30,605 nucleotides of DNA. Source: Breznakia blatticola (GTDB taxonomy: Bacteria > Bacillota_I > Bacilli_A > Erysipelotrichales > Erysipelotrichaceae). This document shows positions 1 through 7,414 of the stretch, one piece after another; within the stretch, counting starts at the first letter, position 1; every line of letters starts with the position of its first letter. The stretch is from the NCBI RefSeq assembly GCF_004365815.1, contig NZ_SODD01000031.1, positions 1 through 30,605 of the forward strand, given 5' to 3'. The notes beneath the pieces are model-generated. The model saw only the letters and a list, made by a program, of their open reading frames with translations, did no database searches and was not told the origin of the DNA. The position numbers were made by a program, and so were the translations under genes.

Positions 1-36
1 GCGCCCAAATTTTGTAGTAAAAGTCAATAGAAAAAA

Positions 37-64
37 AGAGGGGTCAAAATTAATTGACTCCTCT
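37..64. terminator. Terminator-like hairpin at the window edge, orientation ambiguous
   Basis: 11-bp stem AGAGGGGTCAA (37-47) / TTGACTCCTCT (54-64) with one G-U pair and a 6-nt loop. An A7 run lies upstream (31-37), giving a U-tail only on the minus strand. There is no T-run downstream on the plus strand. Confidence 0.4.
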
Positions 65-92
65 TACAATTCTATTGCTTAACTTAATGACA

Positions 93-122
93 TTACTATT
101 TTCTGTCGTTTTCATGTATAAT
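93..122 (+). promoter_or_regulatory. Possible sigma-A promoter for the lipoprotein gene
   Basis: TATAAT at 117-122 with a weak -35 TTACTA at 93-98 (18-nt spacer), about 25 nt upstream of the ATG at 147. Confidence 0.3.
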
Positions 123-146
123 GGATACGTAAAGGGGGTAAGTATT

Positions 147-590
147 ATGAAAAAACTATTCATTTGTGGATTACTTGGACTTTCACTAGTTGCATGTTCA
201 TCAGGTAGTTCATCAGAAAAAGCAACAGTTTGTACAATTGACGAGGAATATTCAAAGATGGAAATTACTCTTGAACCAAAAGGCGATAAGTTAAAAACTA
301 TGAAAGTGCTTATGGCTGATGATTCAACAGATTACTCTGAAATTACTGACGAAGAACTTGAAATGCTTGAAGGTCAACTTGAATCAGCAATGGGAGAAGT
401 TGATGGTGTTGAGATGAAACTTGCTGTTAAAGATGGCGAATTACATGTTACATTAACTTTAAACGTTCAAGATCTTAAAGAAGTACCAGCTATGATGCAA
501 ACAAGCGGTTTAACGTTAGATGAAATGCAAAACACATCTGTTAAAGAAATCGTTGAAGAGTTAGAAGATAGCGGCGCTACTTGTAAATAA
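147..590 (+). CDS. Small acidic secreted lipoprotein, function unknown (possibly YehR/DUF1307-like, unverified)
   Basis: I use the internal ATG at 147, which has an AAAGGGGG RBS at 131-138. N-terminus MKKLFICGLLGLSLVAC carries a lipobox (LVAC) followed by SSGSSS. The ORF-track start at 54 has no RBS and would put a hydrophobic extension over the promoter. Confidence 0.75.
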   Translation: MKKLFICGLLGLSLVACSSGSSSEKATVCTIDEEYSKMEITLEPKGDKLKTMKVLMADDSTDYSEITDEELEMLEGQLESAMGEVDGVEMKLAVKDGELHVTLTLNVQDLKEVPAMMQTSGLTLDEMQNTSVKEIVEELEDSGATCK

Positions 591-601
591 CAAACAAGAG
601 G

Positions 602-624
602 GACTCCAAATGGAGTCTTTTATT
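602..624 (+). terminator. Rho-independent terminator after the lipoprotein gene
   Basis: GACTCC (602-607) / GGAGTC (612-617), loop AAAT, followed by TTTTATT. Confidence 0.6.
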
Positions 625-684
625 ATATACACTAGAAAAAAACGAAGAAAATTTGAAGATTTTTAAATATTTTGGGATAGTCAC

Positions 685-713
685 TTGACAAGGTAGATAG
701 AATGAAATATAGT
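685..713 (+). promoter_or_regulatory. Sigma-A promoter of the orf838-tig(-lon-engB) unit
   Basis: TTGACA 685-690, 17-nt spacer, TATAGT 708-713. Confidence 0.7.
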
Positions 714-714
714 A

Positions 715-741
715 ATAGCACTCTACTAATGAAAGTGCTAA
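715..741. promoter_or_regulatory. CIRCE operator (HrcA binding site) immediately after the -10
   Basis: ATAGCACTC-N9-AAGTGCTAA matches the consensus TTAGCACTC-N9-GAGTGCTAA at 16/18 positions. It starts 1 nt after the -10, the same placement as the promoter-proximal CIRCE at hrcA. Confidence 0.75.
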
Positions 742-837
742 AACGAGTAGATGTCAACTTGAATGTGATTCAATGCTTCAAGGCGTATGAGTTTATTATT
801 TATAGCACTTCTAGTATAATGGCAAAGAGGAAAATAT

Positions 838-1563
838 ATGGATTATTATGATCGCTTACTTGAAGATGTAAAAGCACTCATCAAGGATGAAAAGTTTATA
901 GAAGCTAGACAATTGCTTGATGTTGAGCTAAATATGCCGTATGTTCCGTTACAGTATGAACAAGAGTATCAATCATTGTTTACGTATTGTAATCAGCAAC
1001 TGGCAGGTAATGCAAAATCGAAGACATACGATCAAGAGGATATTGAAGCATTATTGTTTGGAAGTGTAGATCAAGCTAGCGTCGCTTGTGAAATACTTGC
1101 GACAAGTAATGTTCGACAACATCTTGAGATGATTGAAAAATATCTATCGGATAAACCGAATGTATTGATTCGAACATTGTTAATTGAAATCCTCATTGAC
1201 CAAAATATACATGAAGAAATAAAGCTTGATTATGATGGCTTACATGTAGAGTTTATAGCTGCTTACGTTGAGCCGATTGCTGAACGTGAAAGTACAGAAG
1301 TAATGGTAAAAATACTCAGCGATGACTTTGAAAATGATAACCCCACATTTTACAAAATGTGTATAGATTGTTTGGTGAAAGAATTGTATTTCCGACTCCC
1401 ATTTAGCGTCGTGGAAGAAGAAAGTCGATATCTTACCACCGCAATTACTGCTTATGTGTATGAATCATTAGGTGATAAAGACCAATTTGATGCATATATA
1501 AAAGAAAAAGACCTTGCAAAGTATGTGGGTTATGACTTAAAATTGAAAGAGTATCGTGTTTAA
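838..1563 (+). CDS. Uncharacterised 241-aa cytoplasmic protein, probably all-helical
   Basis: RBS AAGAGGA lies 7 nt upstream of the ATG. No signal peptide and no catalytic motif that I recognise. The stop is 20 nt before the tig start, so co-transcription is likely. Confidence 0.75.
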   Translation: MDYYDRLLEDVKALIKDEKFIEARQLLDVELNMPYVPLQYEQEYQSLFTYCNQQLAGNAKSKTYDQEDIEALLFGSVDQASVACEILATSNVRQHLEMIEKYLSDKPNVLIRTLLIEILIDQNIHEEIKLDYDGLHVEFIAAYVEPIAERESTEVMVKILSDDFENDNPTFYKMCIDCLVKELYFRLPFSVVEEESRYLTTAITAYVYESLGDKDQFDAYIKEKDLAKYVGYDLKLKEYRV

Positions 1564-1583
1564 ACACTGGAGGTTAAAAAATT

Positions 1584-2867
1584 ATGAGTTCAAAATGGAA
1601 ATTGTTAGAGAATTCTCAAGGAGAATTAAAGATTAAAGTTGAAGGTGAAAAGTGGTTAAAAGCCCAAGAAGCAGCTTTCAAAAAATTAGCGAAAGACATC
1701 GAAGCAAAAGGATTTAGAAAAGGACAAGTGCCTGAAAAAATTGCACGTCAAAAAATTTCTGAACAAAGCATTCTTATGGAAGCAATTGATGAAGTTGCAG
1801 GACACGCTTTACAAGAAGGAATTAAAGAACATGATTTATGGATTATTTCTCGTCCTGAATTAGCTGTAGATGAAATTACTAAAGAAGCAGTTATGTTGAA
1901 ATTCAATGTAACAGTAAAACCTGAAGTAACATTAGGTGAATACAAAGGATTAAAAATCAAAAAGGCAAAAACAACAGTTACTGCTAAAGAAGTTAATGAA
2001 CAACTTGAACAATTACAAGCACGTTTCTCTGAACTTGTAGTTAAAGATAAAGGAACTGTAGAAAACGGTGACACAGCTGTTATCGATTTCGAAGGATTCA
2101 AAGATGATGTAGCATTCGAAGGTGGAAAAGGTGAAAACTATCCATTAGAAATTGGTTCAGGTTCATTTATTCCTGGATTTGAAGAACAATTAATCGGAAT
2201 GAAAGCTGAAGATGAAAAAGATATTCAAGTAACATTCCCAGAAAACTATGGAGCACCAGATTTAGCTGGTAAAGAAGTTACATTCAAAGTAAAAGTTCAC
2301 GAAATTAAAACAAAAGAACTTCCTGAAATTAACGATGATTTAATTAAGGATGCAGAAGTTAAAGATGTAGAAACTGTAGAAGACTACAAAAAATACGTGA
2401 AAAAGAACTTAAAAGAACAAAAAGAACAAGAAGCTGCAACACAATTTGAAAACGACATGTTAAAACAACTTGTTGACAATTCAAAAGTGGATGTACCTCA
2501 AGTAATGGTTGATGATGAAGTAAGTCAAATGGTTAATGACTTTGGACAACGTTTAGCTGCTCAAGGATTTAGTGTTGATCAATACTTCCAAATGACTGGA
2601 ACATCACTTGAATCACTTCAAGAACAAATGAAACCAGAAGCAGAAATGAAAGTTAACGTTCGTTTAGTATTAGATAAAATCGCTGAAGTTGAAAAAGTAG
2701 AAATTAGCGATAAAGATGTTGAAGTTGAATACGAAAACATCGCAAACCGTTACAACATGGAAGTTGATAAAGTTAAAGAAGCTGTAAACAAAGATGCATT
2801 ACAGTATGACTTAAAACTTCAAAAAGCTGTTGAGATTGTAAAAGACAGCGTTGTAGAAGAAAAATAA
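1584..2867 (+). CDS. tig: Trigger factor (ribosome-associated chaperone / FKBP-type PPIase)
   Basis: GFRKGQVP ribosome-binding signature (GFRxGxxP). FKBP segment FEGFKDDVAFEGGKGENYPLEIGSGSFIPGFEEQLIGM. 427 aa. RBS GGAGG. Confidence 0.95.
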   Translation: MSSKWKLLENSQGELKIKVEGEKWLKAQEAAFKKLAKDIEAKGFRKGQVPEKIARQKISEQSILMEAIDEVAGHALQEGIKEHDLWIISRPELAVDEITKEAVMLKFNVTVKPEVTLGEYKGLKIKKAKTTVTAKEVNEQLEQLQARFSELVVKDKGTVENGDTAVIDFEGFKDDVAFEGGKGENYPLEIGSGSFIPGFEEQLIGMKAEDEKDIQVTFPENYGAPDLAGKEVTFKVKVHEIKTKELPEINDDLIKDAEVKDVETVEDYKKYVKKNLKEQKEQEAATQFENDMLKQLVDNSKVDVPQVMVDDEVSQMVNDFGQRLAAQGFSVDQYFQMTGTSLESLQEQMKPEAEMKVNVRLVLDKIAEVEKVEISDKDVEVEYENIANRYNMEVDKVKEAVNKDALQYDLKLQKAVEIVKDSVVEEK

Positions 2868-2889
2868 AAGACGCTAAAGCGTCTTTTTT
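2867..2889 (+). terminator. Rho-independent terminator between tig and lon
   Basis: AAAGACGC (2867-2874) / GCGTCTTT (2879-2886), loop TAAA, T-run extending to 2889. It overlaps the last base of the tig stop codon. Confidence 0.7.
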
Positions 2890-2910
2890 GACCCATAAAG
2901 GAGGTAGTAT

Positions 2911-5223
2911 ATGGAACAAGTAAAAATCGATTTGCCTATTGTTTGCACTAGAGGCGTCATCGTGTTTCCTAACAATGAAATTATTATTGATGTTGGACGC
3001 AAGAAAAGTGTTTATGCGATTGAAGAAGCGCAAGAACATTTCCAAAATCAAATCGTTTTAGTAGCACAAAGAGACTTAACTTTAGAAGATCCACGAATGA
3101 GTGATCTTTATGAGGTAGGTACGATTTGTAATATTATGCATATCCGCCACATGGATGGGTACATGCGTGTAAAATTCAAAGGAATTGAACGTGCACGAAT
3201 CCAAACCTTAGAGTTCGGAGGAGATATGGTCTTTGGTAGTGTATTACCATTAGCAGATATTCAAGAAAGTGCGCAAGAAGAACTTGCATTAGTTCGTCGT
3301 ATTGCACAACAATTGGAAAATGTTGAAGGATTTACACATGATCTTCCAAAAGACATGATTAGTAAATTAGCAGAAGGATTGAGTGCAAATCAACTTGCTG
3401 ACCAAGTTGCACAAGTATTCCCATTCTCTGTAGAAGCAAAACAACGTATTCTTGAAGCTGAAAAAGTAAATGATCGTTTACTTTACATTATTCAAGAAAT
3501 GGAAAATGAAAAACAAATTAGTGATTTAGATAACTTAATCAACGATAAGGTAAAACAACGTCTTGATGAAAATCAACGTGAATACTATTTACGTGAAAAA
3601 CTTCGTGCGATTAAAGAAGAATTAGGTGATGTTGCTGATCGCGATAGCGATACAGAAGAATACCGTAAGATGATTAATGAAAATCCATACCCTGAAAATA
3701 TTAAAGAAAAAGCATTGGAAGAACTTTCACGTTATGAAATGTTACCAAGTGCATCAGGAGAAAGTGGAGTTGTAAAAACGTATTTAGATTGGTTATTGAA
3801 ACTTCCTTGGTGGCAAGAAAGTCAAGATAATGAGGATTTAAATGTTGCACAACAAGTGCTAGATGATGATCACTATGGACTAGAAAAAGTAAAAGAACGT
3901 ATCATGGAATACCTTGCGGTAAAAACCATGACAAATTCTTTAAAAGCACCAATTATTTGTTTAGTAGGTCCTCCAGGAGTTGGGAAGACATCTTTATCTA
4001 AATCAGTAGCGCGTGCATTGAATCGCGAATTCGTTAAAATCTCACTTGGTGGGGTAAAAGATGAATCGGAAATTCGTGGACACCGTCGTACATACTTAGG
4101 TTCGATGCCAGGTCGCTTTATTCAAGGTATGAAAAAAGCAGGTACCGTAAACCCTGTATTCTTAATTGATGAAATTGATAAGATGGGTGCTGATTATAAA
4201 GGAGATCCTGCAAGTGCAATGTTAGAAGTACTTGATCCAGAACAAAATTCATTATTCTCAGATCACTATTTAGAAGAACCATATGATTTAAGCAAAGTTA
4301 TGTTTATTGCAACTGCAAACTACTTGGATAATATTCCACACGCTTTACAAGACCGTTTGGAAATTATTCAATTATCAAGTTATACAGAAATTGAAAAACT
4401 AGAAATTGCAAAACGTCACTTGGTACCAAAACAATTAAAAGAAAATGGTTTAACAGATAAACAATTTAAAATCTCTGATGAGATGCTTATGTATGTAATT
4501 AAACACTACACTAGAGAAAGTGGAGTGCGTCAATTGGAACGTGTGATTGCTAAGTTAATCCGTAAAACGGTTCTTGTGATTTTAAAAGATGAAAAGAAAT
4601 CACTATCTATGACGAAAAAGAAAATCCAAGAGTTCTTAGGTAAAGAAATCTTTGACTATGGACGTAAAGAGAAAAAAGACCAAGTAGGTACAGTAACAGG
4701 ATTAGCATATACTTCATTTGGTGGAGATATTCTTCAAGTAGAAGTAAACCATTTTGATGGTACTGGTAAACTTGTTGTGACTGGACAACTTGGTGATGTG
4801 ATGAAAGAAAGTGCTAGTATTGCATATGACTATGTAAAAGCGAATGCTAAAAAATATCACATTGATTCTGAAATATTTAAAACACAAGATGTACATATTC
4901 ATGTTCCTGAAGGTGCAGTCCCTAAAGATGGACCAAGTGCTGGTGTGACATTAACCACTGCACTTATTTCCTCTTTGTCAAATCAACCAGTAAAAAGTGA
5001 TTTAGCGATGACTGGTGAGGTTACTTTACGTGGAAATGTATTGCCAATTGGTGGATTGAAAGAAAAATCAATGGCTGCACATCGCTCAGGTATTACAACA
5101 ATCGTTATGCCTAAAGATAATGTGAAAGATCTTGATGATTTACCAGAAACAGTTAAAGAATCAATTAAATTTATTCCAGTTGATCATGTTTCGCAAGTGC
5201 TTAATGCTGCACTCGTGAAATAA
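2911..5223 (+). CDS. lon: ATP-dependent Lon protease (LonA type)
   Basis: N-terminal LON domain, Walker A GPPGVGKTS, catalytic-serine motif PKDGPSAGVT. 770 aa. RBS AAGGAGG. Confidence 0.97.
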   Translation: MEQVKIDLPIVCTRGVIVFPNNEIIIDVGRKKSVYAIEEAQEHFQNQIVLVAQRDLTLEDPRMSDLYEVGTICNIMHIRHMDGYMRVKFKGIERARIQTLEFGGDMVFGSVLPLADIQESAQEELALVRRIAQQLENVEGFTHDLPKDMISKLAEGLSANQLADQVAQVFPFSVEAKQRILEAEKVNDRLLYIIQEMENEKQISDLDNLINDKVKQRLDENQREYYLREKLRAIKEELGDVADRDSDTEEYRKMINENPYPENIKEKALEELSRYEMLPSASGESGVVKTYLDWLLKLPWWQESQDNEDLNVAQQVLDDDHYGLEKVKERIMEYLAVKTMTNSLKAPIICLVGPPGVGKTSLSKSVARALNREFVKISLGGVKDESEIRGHRRTYLGSMPGRFIQGMKKAGTVNPVFLIDEIDKMGADYKGDPASAMLEVLDPEQNSLFSDHYLEEPYDLSKVMFIATANYLDNIPHALQDRLEIIQLSSYTEIEKLEIAKRHLVPKQLKENGLTDKQFKISDEMLMYVIKHYTRESGVRQLERVIAKLIRKTVLVILKDEKKSLSMTKKKIQEFLGKEIFDYGRKEKKDQVGTVTGLAYTSFGGDILQVEVNHFDGTGKLVVTGQLGDVMKESASIAYDYVKANAKKYHIDSEIFKTQDVHIHVPEGAVPKDGPSAGVTLTTALISSLSNQPVKSDLAMTGEVTLRGNVLPIGGLKEKSMAAHRSGITTIVMPKDNVKDLDDLPETVKESIKFIPVDHVSQVLNAALVK

Positions 5224-5816
5224 TGAGAACGATACAACACTGTGAACTTGTGACTTCGGCTCCAGACAAAAGTTTTTGGCCTGAGTCACAACTTCCAGAA
5301 ATCGTCTTAGCAGGTCGTAGTAATGTAGGAAAGAGTAGTTTTATCAATACGATGGTCAATCGTAAAAAACTTGCCTATGTTGGAAATACACCAGGTAAGA
5401 CACGTTTATTAAACTTCTTTAACATCGACGACACCTTTCTGTTTGTTGATGTTCCTGGATACGGATATGCCAATATAAGCAAGAGACAATTGCAAGCCTT
5501 TGGTCAAATGATGGAAGACTACTTTGGTACTCGTGAACAAAAGATTGGACTGGTTCTACTTGTTGATGCACGTCATAAACCAAGTGAAGATGATATTACC
5601 ATGATGGAATATGCACGATATCATCATTTACCTGTAGTTGTTGTAGCAACAAAAATTGACAAACTTAAACGTAGTGAAATTAGTAAAAACATGCGTAAAA
5701 TTGCTAGTACGCTTGAAATCCCTGAAACGGAAATTGTTCAATTTTCAAGTGAAACATCAAAGGGAAGAGAAGCTGTCTGGAAAAAAATTGATGAATTATT
5801 GGAAAGTGTTGCATAG
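5223..5816 (+). CDS. engB: Ribosome-biogenesis GTPase EngB/YsxC
   Basis: GRSNVGKSSFIN P-loop, DVPGYGY, ATKIDK (NKxD-type) motifs. The ATG overlaps the lon stop (TAATG). The lon-ysxC order matches Bacillus. Confidence 0.93.
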   Translation: MRTIQHCELVTSAPDKSFWPESQLPEIVLAGRSNVGKSSFINTMVNRKKLAYVGNTPGKTRLLNFFNIDDTFLFVDVPGYGYANISKRQLQAFGQMMEDYFGTREQKIGLVLLVDARHKPSEDDITMMEYARYHHLPVVVVATKIDKLKRSEISKNMRKIASTLEIPETEIVQFSSETSKGREAVWKKIDELLESVA

Positions 5817-5863
5817 CACTTTCTTTTCTTTTGGTAAATCCGCTGTGAAAAGATGCAATATGG

Positions 5864-5892
5864 TTGAATTGCACCTTATTATTGCCTATACT
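5864..5892 (+). promoter_or_regulatory. Sigma-A promoter for the flavodiiron gene
   Basis: TTGAAT 5864-5869, 17-nt spacer, TATACT 5887-5892. Confidence 0.55.
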
Positions 5893-5919
5893 TAAAGGTA
5901 AAGATAGGAGTAGATAATT

Positions 5920-7113
5920 ATGAAATACTTACAAATCACAGATGATTTTTATTGGATTGGGGTAGAAAATCCAGATTTACGACGTTTTGACATTATTATG
6001 GAAACTGAATTTGGAACAACATACAATTCATACTTACTAAAAACAAGTCAAGGGGTTGTTTTGTTTGAAACAGTAAAAGACAAATTTTTTGATGAATATA
6101 TCGAAAAAGTTAAAGAATTAGTAAAAGTAGAAGATATCAAATACATTATTTGTAATCATACTGAACCAGATCATTCTGGCTCATTAGAGAAGTTTCTTGA
6201 ATTAAATCCAAATATTGAGATACTTTCAACCATTGCCGCACAAAACAATTTAAAAGAAATTGTAAATAAACCGTTTAATGGACGCGTTGTGAAAGACCAA
6301 GAAGAAGTCGTTGTTGGAAATAAAACGCTACGTTTTATTATGGCACCAAATCTACATTGGCCAGATACGATGTATACATACATTGTTGATGAAGAAATTC
6401 TAGTAACTTGCGATTCATTTGGTGCACATTATGCCACAAATGAGGTGTTATTATCTCAGGTCGCAAATCGTGATAACTATGAAAAAGCATTCGCATATTA
6501 TACAGAAATGATTATGGGTCCATTTAAACCATTTGTTGCTAAGGCAATGGATAAAATTCGTGATTTACCAATTCGTTATATTGCAACTGGTCATGGATGT
6601 TTGATTGACCAAGAAATTGATGATTTCATTCAACGTTATACAGATTTTGCGAAAGTGAAAACTAACGATGTAAAAAAAGTAGTAATTGCTTATGTAACTG
6701 CATATGGCTACACACACGAAATGGCAGAAATTATTAAAGATGAATTAGAGAATCAGCATCTAGAAGTGAAGTTGTATGATTTAGTAGAAGCAGACCAAGA
6801 GGAAGTATATGAAGCAATTAAACAAGCCGATGGAGTACTTTATGGTTCATGTACAATTGTCGGAGATGCATTACCTCCAGTATGGCATATGATGAATCGA
6901 ATTCTAACACCATATGATGGAATTAAGGTTGCTAGTGCTTTTGGTAGTTATGGATGGTCTGGTGAGGCAGTTCCAAATATGATGGTCCGTTTGAAGCAAC
7001 AAAAAATGAAACTTGTAGATGAAGGGTTACGTATTAAATTCAAGCCAAGTGATGCACAAAAAGAAGAAATCCATGCATATGCGAAAAACTTTGCACAAGC
7101 ACTTGTTGATTAA
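5920..7113 (+). CDS. Flavodiiron protein (FprA-type; metallo-beta-lactamase-fold di-iron domain plus flavodoxin domain), O2/NO reductase family
   Basis: HTEPDHSG (HxExDH di-iron motif). C-terminal flavodoxin-like part begins VVIAYVTAYGYTHEMA. 397 aa. RBS TAGGAG. Confidence 0.85.
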   Translation: MKYLQITDDFYWIGVENPDLRRFDIIMETEFGTTYNSYLLKTSQGVVLFETVKDKFFDEYIEKVKELVKVEDIKYIICNHTEPDHSGSLEKFLELNPNIEILSTIAAQNNLKEIVNKPFNGRVVKDQEEVVVGNKTLRFIMAPNLHWPDTMYTYIVDEEILVTCDSFGAHYATNEVLLSQVANRDNYEKAFAYYTEMIMGPFKPFVAKAMDKIRDLPIRYIATGHGCLIDQEIDDFIQRYTDFAKVKTNDVKKVVIAYVTAYGYTHEMAEIIKDELENQHLEVKLYDLVEADQEEVYEAIKQADGVLYGSCTIVGDALPPVWHMMNRILTPYDGIKVASAFGSYGWSGEAVPNMMVRLKQQKMKLVDEGLRIKFKPSDAQKEEIHAYAKNFAQALVD

Positions 7114-7133
7114 AGTGAAAAACTTGGTATAAT
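7106..7133 (+). promoter_or_regulatory. Extended -10 promoter of the valS T-box leader
   Basis: TTGATT 7106-7111, 16-nt spacer, TGgTATAAT 7125-7133. Confidence 0.65.
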
Positions 7134-7139
7134 AAGTAA

Positions 7140-7365
7140 GAAAATAAATACAGTGAATAGAAGGAGTACATACTAACGTTTTATAGAGAGTTGTTGGTTG
7201 GTGAAAAACAATAAATGAATGTATGGAAGGTAGTCTAGGAGTAGATGTTCTGAGTTTAGTAAGAATATCCGGTTACAGCCGTTATCTGTTTAAGGCATAC
7301 ATTGTATGCAAATTAAGGTGGTACCACGAGCATTCGTCCTTTGGGATGAGTGCTTTTTATTTTTA
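7140..7365 (+). promoter_or_regulatory. T-box riboswitch leader (tRNA-Val sensing) with terminator/antiterminator
   Basis: AG-bay AGAGAG 7185-7190. Distal-loop GGTGAAA 7200-7206. T-box sequence AATTAAGGTGGTACCACG 7311-7328. Terminator stem 7329-7339 / 7344-7354 followed by TTTTTATTTTT. The terminator 5' strand abuts the T-box. Candidate Val specifier GUA at 7230-7232. Confidence 0.9.
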
Positions 7366-7414
7366 AAAGTAAAATGCACATGAAAGTGTATCTAAATAGA
7401 AAGAGGAGATGAAG

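Noticed and set aside
41-58. GGTCAAA-ATTAA-TTGAC resembles half of a CtsR operator (GGTCAAA heptad). A second GGTCAAA occurs at 15829-15835.
   Set aside because: CtsR boxes are direct heptad repeats. Here the second element is inverted, as part of a hairpin stem, or absent. Neither site is near a clp or lon promoter.
54-146. N-terminal extensions suggested by the ORF track: 54-146 (lipoprotein), 14476-14520 (DUF853), 16600-16641 (pgeF), 17705-17737 (hrcA), 18747-18767 (grpE), 22473-22478 (orf22479) and 29737-29820 (LUD).
   Set aside because: In each case an internal ATG has a good SD at proper spacing and gives the expected family N-terminus. The extension would overlap a promoter, CIRCE operator, terminator or the upstream gene.
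803-810. Isolated CIRCE half-site look-alikes: TAGCACTT at 803-810 and ATAGCACTT at 5813-5821.
   Set aside because: No matching inverted arm lies 9 nt away, so these are probably chance occurrences. I counted only full inverted repeats as CIRCE.
1748-2101. Antisense or alternate-frame ORFs inside well-supported genes: 1748-2101(-), 2773-3051(-), 4714-4902(-), 6171-6383(-), the short ORFs within valS (7611-9711), 10391-10576(-), 12424-12714(-), 15063-15685, 17201-17643(+), 18529-18798(-), 19882-20306(-), 21510-21701(-), 23462-23671(+), 24353-24571(-), 25124-25375(+), 26413-26652(-), 27319-27619(-), 28229-28456(-), 29027-29281(-), 29623-29996(-) and 30338-30562(-).
   Set aside because: All lie opposite to, or out of frame with, genes that have strong family signatures. 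They have no RBS and show odd, low-complexity or Ser/Leu/Ile/Phe-biased composition typical of shadow ORFs in AT-rich DNA.
5656-5895. A 79-aa ORF overlapping the 3' end of engB and running into the intergenic region.
   Set aside because: It is out of frame with the clearly conserved engB C-terminus. It has no RBS, and its 3' part covers the promoter of the flavodiiron gene.
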